Source: a bacterium (GTDB lineage: Bacteria > Hinthialibacterota > Hinthialibacteria > H5-UNCL2). Taken from it: a DNA stretch of 64,000 bases. Where the stretch lies: assembly GCA_015075175.1 (NCBI GenBank), contig JABTUV010000008.1, positions 329-64,328 on the forward strand, in the 5' to 3' direction. The notes beneath the pieces were generated by a model, which saw only the letters and a program-made list of their open reading frames with translations, searched no databases and was not told the origin of the DNA. Made by a program: the position numbers and the translations under genes. Below, in pieces: positions 9,581 to 19,060 of the stretch; the stretch's first letter is position 1; each line of letters starts with the position of its first letter.

Positions 9581-9734
9581 ACCCGCGGAGTACAAACTTT
9601 AGTTTGTTCTTGCCCGCATCTGAACGGAGTACGAGATTTAATTTGTTCTTATTGTGAGAAGCTAACTGAAGTTTGTACTCCGGGCGTGCTACCGCGCTTG
9701 CTCTCGGATGGACGCGCTGTTATTCTGAGCCATC

Positions 9735-11621
9735 ATGCGGCTGCGACTCGGGGCTTTTCTCTTTTTTTTCTGCGTGTTTGGCGCAGGCGTCGGCGCAGAG
9801 GACGAGCCGCCGCCGGACTGCATGCACCGCAAGTTCTCGCTGTCCGCCGCCAAGGCGGCCGTGGCCGGCCTGCCCGAGCGCGTGCCCGGCGGCCACGACG
9901 GCTACGACGTGCTCGCCTACGATCTCCGGTTTCACCTCGACCCCGCCGTGCAGCACATCGTTGGGACGGCGACGCTGGAAATACGCTGCACGTCGCCCTC
10001 GCTTGCGACGCTCACTCTCGATCTCGTCGGCTACACGGTCGCGGAAACATGGGCAAACGGGGCTACGGCGCCGTACTCCCGCGACGCAAATGCTGAACTT
10101 CTGTCGATTCAATTGCCGCAACCCATCACGGCAGGCTCCGTCATCTTGGTCTCGGCGCAATACGCGGGCCGGCCCGTCGCGGGCAACTGGTTCGGGCTGG
10201 AGAACGGCGTGCGTTACTTCGGCAACACGGTCTATCAAGGGGGCGAGCCGGCAGGCTCGCGTTATCTCTATCCCTGCAACGACCGGCCCGACGACAAGGC
10301 GCGCTTTCGCGTGACGACGACGGTGCCGCGCGGCTACCTCGTGTCGGGCACGGGACTGCTGGTCGGCGCCACGTCGGACGCGACGCATTCAACCTTTACC
10401 TGGAACACCGAGCATCAGGTCACGCCCTACGCCTTGGCCTGGGCGGTCGCGCCCTACCGCGAGCGCGGAGACGACACCGCCGCCGTGCCCATTGTCAATT
10501 ACGTCTTCTCCGAAGTCGCCGGCCCGGCCGGTTTCGACCTCGCCCGCACCGGGCAGATGATGGAGCTCTACGCCTCGCAGTTCGGGCCGTATCCTTTCGA
10601 GAAGTACGGCCACGCGCTGATCAAGGGCTACCTCGTGCTGGAAACCCAGACCATGACCACCATGTCGCAGAGCGTGATCACCGGCACGCGCAAGCATGAG
10701 CCGACGGTTGCGCACGAGCTGGCGCACCAGTGGTGGGGCAACAGCATCACGCCCGCGGAGTGGAGTGAAATCTGGCTCAACGAGGGCATGGCCAGCTTCT
10801 GCGAGGTTCTCTGGATCGAGGCGACGGAGCCGGCGCGAGTGAGGTCCTACCTGGAGCGCTTCACGGAGGAGTATCTTAGTTTCGAGCGCGTTTTTGCCGT
10901 GCCCGTGGGTGCCCCCGAGCCGCGTTTTCTCTTCTCGCCCACCATTTACAAGAAGGGCGGCTGGGTGTTCCACATGCTGCGCGACCGCGTGGGCGAGGCG
11001 GCCTTCGACTGGTTGCTGCCCTTCGCTCCTTGCGCGCTGCACGTCGATCCCCGCGACGTGTTTCTGGACCTCTCGCAGAGCATCGACGCGCGACGCCACG
11101 AGTACGTCATGCAGACGACCGGCGACACGCAGATTCCCGGCGATCCGTTGCAGGTGAAGGAGTACAGCATCGCGGTGAGCGAGGATTTCGTGATCGGCGA
11201 CGTGGACGTGCGCTGGACGGTCTTTCATCAGCATCTGGGGTTTCTGGAGGCGACGCTGGTTGCGCCCAGCGGAAAATCGGTGGTGCTGCTGAGCCGCTTC
11301 GCGCCCGTAAGCACTCACGGTACGAGCATGGAGGGCACGGTCCTGGACGACGAGGCGCCGATGCGACTGGAGGACGGCTATCCGCCCTATCGCGGCTGGC
11401 GGCGTCCCATGGGTTTGTTGGCGGCGTTGGAGGGCGAGCGCAGCGCGGGGACGTGGCGGCTGCGCTTTCGCACCCAGGAGACGGGCTATCGCGGCGCGGT
11501 GGACGAGGCGACGCTGCTCTTTCTGCCCGCGCCCCCGCCCGCGCCCGATCCTGCCGACTTGAACGGCGACGGTCGCGTGGATTGGCTCGATTTCTCTTCC
11601 CCCAGTGTTGGAACATGGTAA
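9735..11621 (+). CDS. secreted M1 family metallopeptidase fused to a proprotein-convertase P-domain-like module and a dockerin-like tail
   Basis: Signal peptide MRLRLGAFLFFFCVFGAGVGA, gluzincin motif HELAHQWWGN with downstream WLNEG, a P-domain-like segment (LEATLVAPSGKSVVLLSR), and the C-terminal PAPPPAPDPADLNGDGRVDWLDF. Confidence 0.8.
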   Translation: MRLRLGAFLFFFCVFGAGVGAEDEPPPDCMHRKFSLSAAKAAVAGLPERVPGGHDGYDVLAYDLRFHLDPAVQHIVGTATLEIRCTSPSLATLTLDLVGYTVAETWANGATAPYSRDANAELLSIQLPQPITAGSVILVSAQYAGRPVAGNWFGLENGVRYFGNTVYQGGEPAGSRYLYPCNDRPDDKARFRVTTTVPRGYLVSGTGLLVGATSDATHSTFTWNTEHQVTPYALAWAVAPYRERGDDTAAVPIVNYVFSEVAGPAGFDLARTGQMMELYASQFGPYPFEKYGHALIKGYLVLETQTMTTMSQSVITGTRKHEPTVAHELAHQWWGNSITPAEWSEIWLNEGMASFCEVLWIEATEPARVRSYLERFTEEYLSFERVFAVPVGAPEPRFLFSPTIYKKGGWVFHMLRDRVGEAAFDWLLPFAPCALHVDPRDVFLDLSQSIDARRHEYVMQTTGDTQIPGDPLQVKEYSIAVSEDFVIGDVDVRWTVFHQHLGFLEATLVAPSGKSVVLLSRFAPVSTHGTSMEGTVLDDEAPMRLEDGYPPYRGWRRPMGLLAALEGERSAGTWRLRFRTQETGYRGAVDEATLLFLPAPPPAPDPADLNGDGRVDWLDFSSPSVGTW

Positions 11622-11785
11622 TTTAACGCCGGCGACCCGCCGGCTTGCGTGTGGGAATTCTGCCCACACGCTTCCAAGACGGTACGACGGTTTGAAGCGC
11701 GACGGCAAGAGGCCGGCGCGACGACTGGTCGGTTCGCGCGGCGCGTGATAGTCTCCCCGCAATCTGTCAGAAGGGAAACCATGGC

Positions 11786-12754
11786 GTGAGTCTGGAAGAA
11801 GCCCGCCGCGTGATCGACTCGGAGCTGGCCGCTCTCGGCGCGCTGCGCGAGCGGCTGGATGCGTCGTTCACCGCGGCGGTCGATATACTACACACCTGTC
11901 GCGGGCGCGTGGTGGTGACCGGGGTGGGCAAGTCGGGACTGGTGGGACGCATGTTGGCGGCCACCCTCTCCAGTTGCGGGACGCCCGCGCTCTTTCTCCA
12001 CGCGGGCGAGGGCGCGCACGGCGACGTGGGCGTCATCCTGCCCGGTGACGTGGTGCTCGCCCTGTCGCAGTCCGGCGAAACCGAGGAAGTATTGGCCATT
12101 CTGCCGGCGGTCAAGAAGATCGGCGCGCGCCTGGTCGTCCTCACCGGCCGCGCCGACAGCACGCTGGCGCGCCGCGCCGACGCCGTGCTCTTGGTCGAGG
12201 TCGAGCGCGAAGCCTGCCCGCTGGGTCTGGCTCCCACCTCCAGCAGTACCGCGCAGAAGGTGCTGGGCGACGCCTTGGCGATGGCGCTCCTCTCGCGCAA
12301 GGGCTTTACCGAGGAGAAGTTCGCGCTCTTTCATCCCGGCGGCTCACTGGGAAAGAAGCTCTTGATGCGCGTCTCCGACCTGATGCATTCGGGCGACGAG
12401 AATCCCGTGCTCTCGGCCGACGCGCCGCTGGAGGCGGCGCTGGACGTGCTTCTGGACAAGCGGCTGGGCGCCGTCAGCTTGGTGGACGGCGAGGGCAAAC
12501 TGGCCGGCATCATCGTAGACGGCGACCTCAAGCGCGGGCTGAAGGAGTATCGCGAGAAGTTTCTGGCGCGCTCGGCGCGCGACATCATGATCAAGACGCC
12601 CGTCACCATCCGGCCCGACCAACTGGCGGTTGAGGCCTTTGCGCTGATGGAAAACCGCCCCAGCCAGATTTCTGTTCTTCCGGTGGTTGACGCAGAGCAT
12701 CGGCCCGTGGGGATGCTGCGCATGCACGACCTGGTGAGGGCGGGGATCTATTAG
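11786..12754 (+). CDS. kpsF: arabinose-5-phosphate isomerase (SIS domain plus two CBS domains)
   Basis: GTG start. SIS motif VVVTGVGKSGLVGRMLAATLSSCGTPALFLHAGE followed by tandem CBS domains. Length and architecture are typical of KpsF/GutQ. Confidence 0.85.
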   Translation: MSLEEARRVIDSELAALGALRERLDASFTAAVDILHTCRGRVVVTGVGKSGLVGRMLAATLSSCGTPALFLHAGEGAHGDVGVILPGDVVLALSQSGETEEVLAILPAVKKIGARLVVLTGRADSTLARRADAVLLVEVEREACPLGLAPTSSSTAQKVLGDALAMALLSRKGFTEEKFALFHPGGSLGKKLLMRVSDLMHSGDENPVLSADAPLEAALDVLLDKRLGAVSLVDGEGKLAGIIVDGDLKRGLKEYREKFLARSARDIMIKTPVTIRPDQLAVEAFALMENRPSQISVLPVVDAEHRPVGMLRMHDLVRAGIY

Positions 12755-12939
12755 TAGGAAAACCCGCATAGACGCGGTGCGCGGTGCGCACCCTACGCCG
12801 TCGCCGGTCGCGATGGCGTCCGGCCGTCGCGCGGCAGCAAGCTGCCGCAGTCCACAATGCGCGCCGCTGTTGACTTTCACGCATCCTCCACGATACGCTG
12901 CCCTTGCGTTATTATCGCGACCCTTCCCCGGAGGACATC

Positions 12940-14036
12940 ATGGCTCCTCTCAACGGTCTTGACTCCTCATCTCGGCAATCTTTCCTGTCTCGAAAGCGGA
13001 GACGCGCAGCATCTCGCCCGAGAACTTCACCGGCGAAAAAGGCAAGGCCGCCATGGCCGAGGACGGGCCGGCCAGGAACTCGGCGCGCGATCTGGGGCGC
13101 GGCTGGAAGATTTCCCCCTTCGTGCGCATCGGCGCGGGGCAGACCTTCACCCTCGCCGACATCGCCGGCCCCGGCGCCATTCAGCAAATCTGGATGACGC
13201 CTACCGGCGATTGGCGCCTCTCCATCCTGCGCATTTACTGGGACGGCCAGCAAGATCCTTCCGTCGAATGCCCCGTCGGCGACTTCTTCGCCTGCGGCTG
13301 GAAAAAGTTCCGACAGATCTCCAGCCTGCCCGTCTGCGTCAATCCCGGCAGCGCCTTCAACTGCTACTGGGAAATGCCCTTTCGCAAGAAGTGCCGCATC
13401 ACGCTGGAAAACCTGACCGCCGAGGAGATGGTGCTCTACTACCAGATCAACTACACGCTTACCGACGTGCCCGAGGACGCGGCCTACTTTCACGCTCAGT
13501 TCCGCCGCACCAATCCGCTGCCGTACAAAGAAGTGTACACGATCCTGGACGGCGTTTCCGGTTGGGGCCACTACGTGGGAACCTACCTGGCCTGGCAGCC
13601 CAACAACAACGGCTGGTGGGGCGAGGGCGAGATCAAGTTTTACCTTGACGGGGACGGCGAGTTTCCCACCATCGCGGGCACGGGCACGGAGGATTACTTC
13701 TGCGGATCCTATGACTTCGAGCTGAAGGACGCGCAGGGGAAGGGCTACTACCAGGAGTTCACCACCCCCTACGCGGGCATGAGCGTGATCCTCCCCGATC
13801 ATCTGTACGCGCCCAACCTGCGGTTTAACCTCTATCGCTGGCACATCATGGACCCGGTGCGATTCCAGAAGGACTTGCGCGTGACCATGCAGGCGCTGGG
13901 CTGGCGGGGCGGACGCGCCGAGCGGCGCTACCTGCCGCTGCGCGACGACATCGCCAGCGTCGCCTATTGGTACCAGGCGCTGCCGACCACGCCGTTTCCG
14001 GCGCTGCCGTCGCGCGATGAGCTGGAGATCATATAG
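12940..14036 (+). CDS. GH172/DUF2961 family protein, with an apparent frameshift in the first ~12 codons
   Basis: ORF 13053..14036 has DUF2961 hallmarks (FTLADIAGPGAIQQIWMT, ECPVGDFFACGW, GTGTEDYFCGSYDF). The same frame is open from 12963 and reads LLISAIFPVSKAETRSISPENFTGEKGKAAMAEDG, which is the conserved N-terminus. The only good start (ATG 12940, GGAGG at 12929-12933) is in another frame. Confidence 0.75.
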
Positions 14037-14043
14037 GAGAAGG

Positions 14044-14252
14044 GCGCGCAGAGGCGCAGAGAGCGCAGAGAGGACTCTTTACCTCTCCCTTGAGGGAGAG
14101 GTCGGCCCGCAGGGCCGGGTGAGGGGGAAACTGCTCGCGCAGAGGCGCAGGGAACGAAGAGAGGAGTCTCCACCTCTCCCTTGAGGGAGAGGTCGGCCCG
14201 CAAAGCCGGGTGAGGGGGAAACTGCTCGCGCAGAGGCGCAGGGAACGCAGAG
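14044..14252. repeat. about 2.4 tandem copies of a 91-nt unit built from small hairpins
   Basis: CCTCTCCCTTGAGGGAGAGGTCGGCCCGCA[GA][GA]GCCGGGTGAGGGGGAAACTGCTCGCGCAGAGGCGCAGGGAACG starts at 14082 and again at 14173. A partial unit lies at 14044-14081. A related motif occurs at 62732-62793. Confidence 0.8.
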
Positions 14253-14328
14253 ATTACGATTCGGAATCATAATCTGGCTTGTGCTCGTAATCTCACTCGG
14301 GGTGGGTCGGGCATTCCCGCCCGACGGA

Positions 14329-16674
14329 TCAGCGTGAGCCCCACTCGGCGAGAAGATTCTGCAGGTCGAGCGCGTCCACGTAGCCGTCGCCGTTCAGGTC
14401 GCCCTCGCGCGGCTCTTCGCTGGGTTCCTCGCCCCATTGCAGCGACAACTCGAAGAGCGCCGCCCAACGAGTATGCAGCGGCGTGGGCGTGGGACTGGGC
14501 GTGCCCGTCGCGGTCGGCGAGAACGTCGGCGTCGCGGTAAAGGTGTCGGTCCACGTCGGAGTCCAGGTGGGGGTGGCCGTCGGCGGGTCGGTCCAAGTCG
14601 GCGTCTGGGTCGGCGAAGGCGTGTCTGTCCCAGTGTTTGTGGCAGTGGGCGTCGATGTCGGCGGCTGCGGCGTGGGCGTGGGCGTCCACTTGTCGTCGGG
14701 TGGAGGCGTCGGGTCGGTCGGCGTGGGCGTGGCCTCTTCCCACGGCGTGGGAGTCTCGGTCGGCTCGATGTCCGGCGGCGTGGGCGTGGGCGTAGGCGTG
14801 GGCGTCCACTTGTCGTCGGGCGGGTCCGGCATCTCCCCGGTATGGAAGGTGAACGCCGGACTCCACGCGCTCGTGCGATCCCAGCATTCCTTCTCGCGCG
14901 CGCGCCAGTAATACGTCGTGTGGGAATTGAGCCAGCCCGCTTCAATCACCCAGGGCAAGGGAGTGGTAAAATCCCGGTCCAAGCGGCGCGAGATGGGATG
15001 CAGTCCCGCCGGGTCCCAGCTGATACAGACGCGCCGGGAGACAACCGACTCGTTCAGCTCTTGCCAGGCCATGCCGGGCGTATCGGTGTCGATCGTGGCG
15101 CCGTCGGTGGGACTCGTGGCCACGGCGGGCGACAGGATAGGCGCCAAGTCGGATCGTTCGTCCCAATGGTGTTCGACGCGCAGCGCCGCTCCGGGCGCGG
15201 ACGCAAACCGCACCTCGACGCGGTTGTCGCGCCCCGCCAAGAGCTCCGGCAGCGAGCGCGGCGCGCACTGAATGTCCCCCACCACGGAAAGACTGTCGAT
15301 GCCGTCGCTGGCAGGATCGATCGAGGTCAGGACCAGGTTGATTCTGAAATTGTAAACGGCTGCACCCCAGTTGGGGGAAATCGCCTCCGCCAGTGAAAAC
15401 TCGGCCGTCCCGTCGAAGGGGGCGCTCAGCACCGCCAGGCGGGTGGTCTGCGTGCCCCCGCCGAATGCGCCGGCGCCATCGGCGAATTCGTCGCTGCCGG
15501 CCGGGGCAAAATGCACCGCCAGCGAGGCCTCGCGTTCGACCAGGCGCGCGCCGACCGTCACCTTGCCCCCGACAAACACGTACGGGCAATTCATCTCCAC
15601 ACTGACGACCGCCGGCTCGGAGCTGTCCAGGACGTGGAGGGCGGGCGCCTCCTCAGCCGTGCCCGCGGCCACGTTGACCAGCGACAGGCGCTCCTGGTCG
15701 GCGGGGTTCCTCAGGTCAGGCTGGTAACTCAATCGGCCGTTGCCGTACAGAGGGGGGCGCTGCAGATACAGGTTGTCGTGATACAACCCCCAGTTGTAGA
15801 AACAGCGTTCCAGGCTCTCGCGCGGGCGCAGCGTCATTTTCATGGTGTGCGCGGTCGTCCACCATCCGCTGTAAACGTTGTTGTCGTAAGTACTGGCGTA
15901 GATGTCGCGGACCATGGCGCCCGACACGCGCTCCACCAGCTCCGGTCGCGCCGCCGCCGTCTGGACCGACGCGACCGTCCGGTTGTCGTCCTCGGGATAG
16001 AACACCTGCAGGTCCGCGTCCAACATGCGCCATCCGCCGTCGAAATACACCTCGGGGACCACGTGCCCCGACAGCATCCAGTTGCGCGCCTGGCTGAACC
16101 CCGCCAGCAGAAACATGCACTCGAGTACCGCCGCCGAGTCGTCGCAGAATCCATACCCGTACACGTTCAAGTACTTTACCGGATCGTGGACTTCGCTGCC
16201 GCCCTCGGCCGGATACCAGTGGTAGCGGTTCTCGCACAGGAACCGCCAGAGCTTGAACGCACGGTCGTGGTCGGTCGTGGCGCCCCCGACCGCCTCCGTC
16301 ACGATCTTGCGCGAGTCGTACCAGTCCCGCTGTCCGTTCACGACTACCCAGGGGTTGACGATGTCCACCTCGCCGTCGTTGGCCAGGAGGATGGAGCGGT
16401 TATCGACGAGCGTGCGTCCGGCCAGATCGACTGAATAGGCGCCGGGTTCGGCCAGGGTCAGGCTGAAGGAGGCGGAGACGGGGCCGGTCGCGTCGGCGGC
16501 ATGGGGCGGGCGGGGCTTGGCGCGCGGCAGCAGCTCTTCCGCCTCGTAATACTCCATCGGCAGCGAGGTGGGCGGCGGATAATCGCTGGCGGGGGCCGTG
16601 CCCGTCAGGCAAAGACACGCCACCATGCCGAGTACGAGCAGGGCAGGGCGCACGCCGGAGAAAAAACCACACAT
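14329..16674 (-). CDS. secreted transglutaminase-like cysteine-protease-fold protein with long Pro/Thr linker and dockerin-like tail
   Basis: Signal peptide MCGFFSGVRPALLVLGMVACLCLTG. The Cys-His-Asp core context is YGYGFCDDSAAVLECMFLLAGF...GHVVPEVYFDGGWRMLDAD. A PT-rich region of about 150 aa (roughly 14424-14874) carries a duplicated PPDDKWTPTPTP. The C-terminus is EGDLNGDGYVDALDLQNLLAEWGSR. Confidence 0.6.
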   Translation of the reverse strand: MCGFFSGVRPALLVLGMVACLCLTGTAPASDYPPPTSLPMEYYEAEELLPRAKPRPPHAADATGPVSASFSLTLAEPGAYSVDLAGRTLVDNRSILLANDGEVDIVNPWVVVNGQRDWYDSRKIVTEAVGGATTDHDRAFKLWRFLCENRYHWYPAEGGSEVHDPVKYLNVYGYGFCDDSAAVLECMFLLAGFSQARNWMLSGHVVPEVYFDGGWRMLDADLQVFYPEDDNRTVASVQTAAARPELVERVSGAMVRDIYASTYDNNVYSGWWTTAHTMKMTLRPRESLERCFYNWGLYHDNLYLQRPPLYGNGRLSYQPDLRNPADQERLSLVNVAAGTAEEAPALHVLDSSEPAVVSVEMNCPYVFVGGKVTVGARLVEREASLAVHFAPAGSDEFADGAGAFGGGTQTTRLAVLSAPFDGTAEFSLAEAISPNWGAAVYNFRINLVLTSIDPASDGIDSLSVVGDIQCAPRSLPELLAGRDNRVEVRFASAPGAALRVEHHWDERSDLAPILSPAVATSPTDGATIDTDTPGMAWQELNESVVSRRVCISWDPAGLHPISRRLDRDFTTPLPWVIEAGWLNSHTTYYWRAREKECWDRTSAWSPAFTFHTGEMPDPPDDKWTPTPTPTPTPPDIEPTETPTPWEEATPTPTDPTPPPDDKWTPTPTPQPPTSTPTATNTGTDTPSPTQTPTWTDPPTATPTWTPTWTDTFTATPTFSPTATGTPSPTPTPLHTRWAALFELSLQWGEEPSEEPREGDLNGDGYVDALDLQNLLAEWGSR

Positions 16675-16989
16675 GAGTCCACCCACAGTCAGGAGTCTGA
16701 GAAGTTGGGTGATGGACGCGTCAGAGCCAGGGACATGAGCAGACAGTCAGGTCGTCAGGCCGATGCGCATCAGACCGAAGTCTATCCTGGCGAATGGGCG
16801 ATGTCAGAAAAAAAACAGCGGGGAACGGAAATTTTTCAAAACCGGGGAAACGGCAGAGATAATATGAGACGAGTCGCAGCCGCAGCGTGACGCAAGTCAA
16901 TTTTCGCGCTGGTATCTCGTGGGTAAGCAGGTTTTGGCGTGCGCAAAAATTGCGCAGAGCCCGGCCGCGTGAGAGACTGTCGCTTGTCC

Positions 16990-18504
16990 CTACCGTCCCC
17001 ACTCGCTGTGCAGAAGCAGGAGATCCTCGCGGTCCACGAAGCCGTCCTCGTTGATGTCGGCGCGGCGCGCGGGCGACGGCGTGGGGGTAGGCGTGGGAAT
17101 CTCTATGGGCAGCGGCTCCAGCTGGAACATGCCGCCGAAGTTGACGTGGCCCCACGAACCCGTCGCCTGGTCGACCACGCGGATTTTCACTGTCCGCCCC
17201 ACGTGGCTCGACACGTCCACGGTGCGGTCGCTGAAGGCGTTGTTGTTGGAGCCGGACAATCGGGCGATCTCCTCGCCCGTCGCCGACTCCAGCGCCACGT
17301 AGCGGTCGGATAGGCCGCTGCCGCCGGAAACCAGCATCACGTAGCGGTCGTGCTGCAGGGTAAAGGTGGGCGACTCGATGATGCCGGTCAGATTGTCGTC
17401 GAAGTTCGTCCCGTCGATCTCCGCCGTGCCGATGAACCACTGGTAGGGCGGGGAGAAGTTGGAGCGGGTTGAGTTGGTAAAGGTCGTGGCGAGGTTGCCG
17501 GAGACGCGCGTCCAGCCGGCGCGCACGGCGGCATCGTCGAAGTCAAAGAGGCCCGCCCCGCGCCGCACCGGCGGCTCCCAGCGCAACCTGGCCATCCGGA
17601 TGCCCTTCAGGCTGGGTAGGAGCGCGGCGACGTACCACTGCGTGCCCGCCAGGATGAACTCCGGCGCCGCCACCGGCAGCGAACCGACCAGGTATCGCTC
17701 ATCCTGGTTGATGCCGAAGTAGGTCGGATCGGTCGAGAAGTAGACGCGCGAGATGTTGCTTGCGCCATACTGCTGGGTGCGAAAGAGATAGTACATGCCG
17801 GAGGCGTACTCGATCACGAAGGGGCATTCGGCGGAGCCGCCGCCGGTTCCCGACTCGCCGAAGGCGGAGGCCACGCGCGACTCGCTCCAGTGCGCCAGAT
17901 CGGTCGAGCTGCGCACGTAGTCCATCCCCTGGTTGTTGGGAATGGCGGTGTAATAGACATACCAGAGGCCGGCCGTCCACAGCGCCATCGGGTCGCGCGT
18001 GTTGTAGCCGGACGGACCTTCCGTAAAGATGCCGGTCTTCCCGTTGGGCAGGATCACGCGCTCGAAGTTCTTGCCGTCCACGCTGACGGCGCGGCAGATG
18101 TTGACCCAGTCGCCGTAGAGCATGTGGTACATGCCCTTCCAGCGCACCACGTGGGGCGCCTGCAGGCCGCCCGCCGTCTCGCCCAGATCGGTGCGAGCGG
18201 TCATCTTGATGCCCATCGGCGCCCAGTCGGCGTCGGTGAGTTGGGCGCCTTCCCAGCCGTAAAAGAGGCGCGAGTTGCCGCCGATTCCGGTCCCACGAAT
18301 GCAGGACCACAGCTGCCACGTGCCATCGGCGGCCTGCCAGACCGCGAAATCCACGGGTTGCTGGTTGGCGCGCGTATACGAGCCGAGGTCGGGATCGCCC
18401 GCCACCTGCCACCAGTCGCCGTCGATGACAGGCACGGGTACAAGGGGCACAGCCCAGGTGGACGCGAGGGTGGAGACGAAGAAAACCACGGAGACAAACC
18501 GCAT
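16990..18504 (-). CDS. secreted glycoside-hydrolase-like protein (beta-propeller N-domain plus lectin/LamG-like C-domain) with PT linker and dockerin-like tail
   Basis: Start MRFVSVVFFVSTLASTWA acts as a signal peptide. The propeller-like region carries W/Y-rich blades (WQLWSCIRG, MYHMLYGDW, LWYVYYTAI, MYYLFRTQ). The C-domain (GIIESPTFTL...VMLVSGG...VKIRVVDQATGSWGHVNFGGMF) resembles the GH32 C-terminal module. The tail is PTPTPTPSPARRADINEDGFVDREDLLLLHSEWGR. The specific GH family is not resolved. Confidence 0.5.
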   Translation of the reverse strand: MRFVSVVFFVSTLASTWAVPLVPVPVIDGDWWQVAGDPDLGSYTRANQQPVDFAVWQAADGTWQLWSCIRGTGIGGNSRLFYGWEGAQLTDADWAPMGIKMTARTDLGETAGGLQAPHVVRWKGMYHMLYGDWVNICRAVSVDGKNFERVILPNGKTGIFTEGPSGYNTRDPMALWTAGLWYVYYTAIPNNQGMDYVRSSTDLAHWSESRVASAFGESGTGGGSAECPFVIEYASGMYYLFRTQQYGASNISRVYFSTDPTYFGINQDERYLVGSLPVAAPEFILAGTQWYVAALLPSLKGIRMARLRWEPPVRRGAGLFDFDDAAVRAGWTRVSGNLATTFTNSTRSNFSPPYQWFIGTAEIDGTNFDDNLTGIIESPTFTLQHDRYVMLVSGGSGLSDRYVALESATGEEIARLSGSNNNAFSDRTVDVSSHVGRTVKIRVVDQATGSWGHVNFGGMFQLEPLPIEIPTPTPTPSPARRADINEDGFVDREDLLLLHSEWGR

Positions 18505-18656
18505 GAGGCCCTCCCGAACAACTGGTAATACCAGTAATCTAATGGAGACCGAGGGCGGCGTCAAGCGGAACCGATGAAGCAGCCGGGGAACAACCGAAAG
18601 CACAGGCGCTCATGAGGCCTCGCCTGACTGCTTCGATGACAACCTGGGCGGATCGA

Positions 18657-19060
18657 AACCGTCCTCTCGATATGCGGCGCGAATCCACAGATCTCATCTC
18701 CAGGCGGTTGTCAGCGCGCCGCTACTCGAGGACTCGGTTCTTCTTCTTTCGAGACATTCCACGAACGCGCCTTTTTGAGACACGCCGTCTTTCCGAGCGG
18801 AACACGCAAATGTATGCCGTGTCCTCGAGTGCTCCCTTGGGGCAGAAAACCTGAGCCGTGTCCTCGAGTAGGCCCCGTCGGAGTTCCCTCGTGAGAGGCA
18901 TTAGGTTGCTTCGGGGCCGTATCGCGAGGCGCGGCGGCTTGAGGGTGGCCCGCCCGCATGTAAGCCGTCCTCTCGATGCGCGGCCCGAGGTGACATCTCG
19001 CATCATTGCCCACAGCTCGTCGGGCCGCTATTGAAGGACTCGGTTTTTCTTTTTTCGCAA
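18657..19060. repeat. MITE-like nested-hairpin element: one expanded copy plus one truncated copy
   Basis: Copy 1: outer arms CCGTCCTCTCGATATGCGG (18659-18677) and GGCCGTATCGCGAGGCGCGG (18915-18934); inner arms GCTACTCGAGGAC (18720-18733) and GTCCTCGAGTAGGCC (18860-18874). Copy 2 restarts with AAGCCGTCCTCTCGATGCGCGG at 18962 and ends after GAAGGACTCGGTTTTTC (about 19045). It shares long identical strings with 40402-40554. Confidence 0.65.

Noticed and set aside
11575-11630. Frameshift at the extreme C-terminus of the M1 peptidase
   Set aside because: - An alternative frame reads FLFPQCWNMVI, which looks more like the W-containing tail of the other two proteins.
- The evidence is a few residues only, and the annotated frame also ends cleanly. 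It cannot be decided by eye.
14483-14911. Plus-strand ORF of GVGV repeats
   Set aside because: It is the antisense reading of the Pro/Thr linker of the transglutaminase-like gene.
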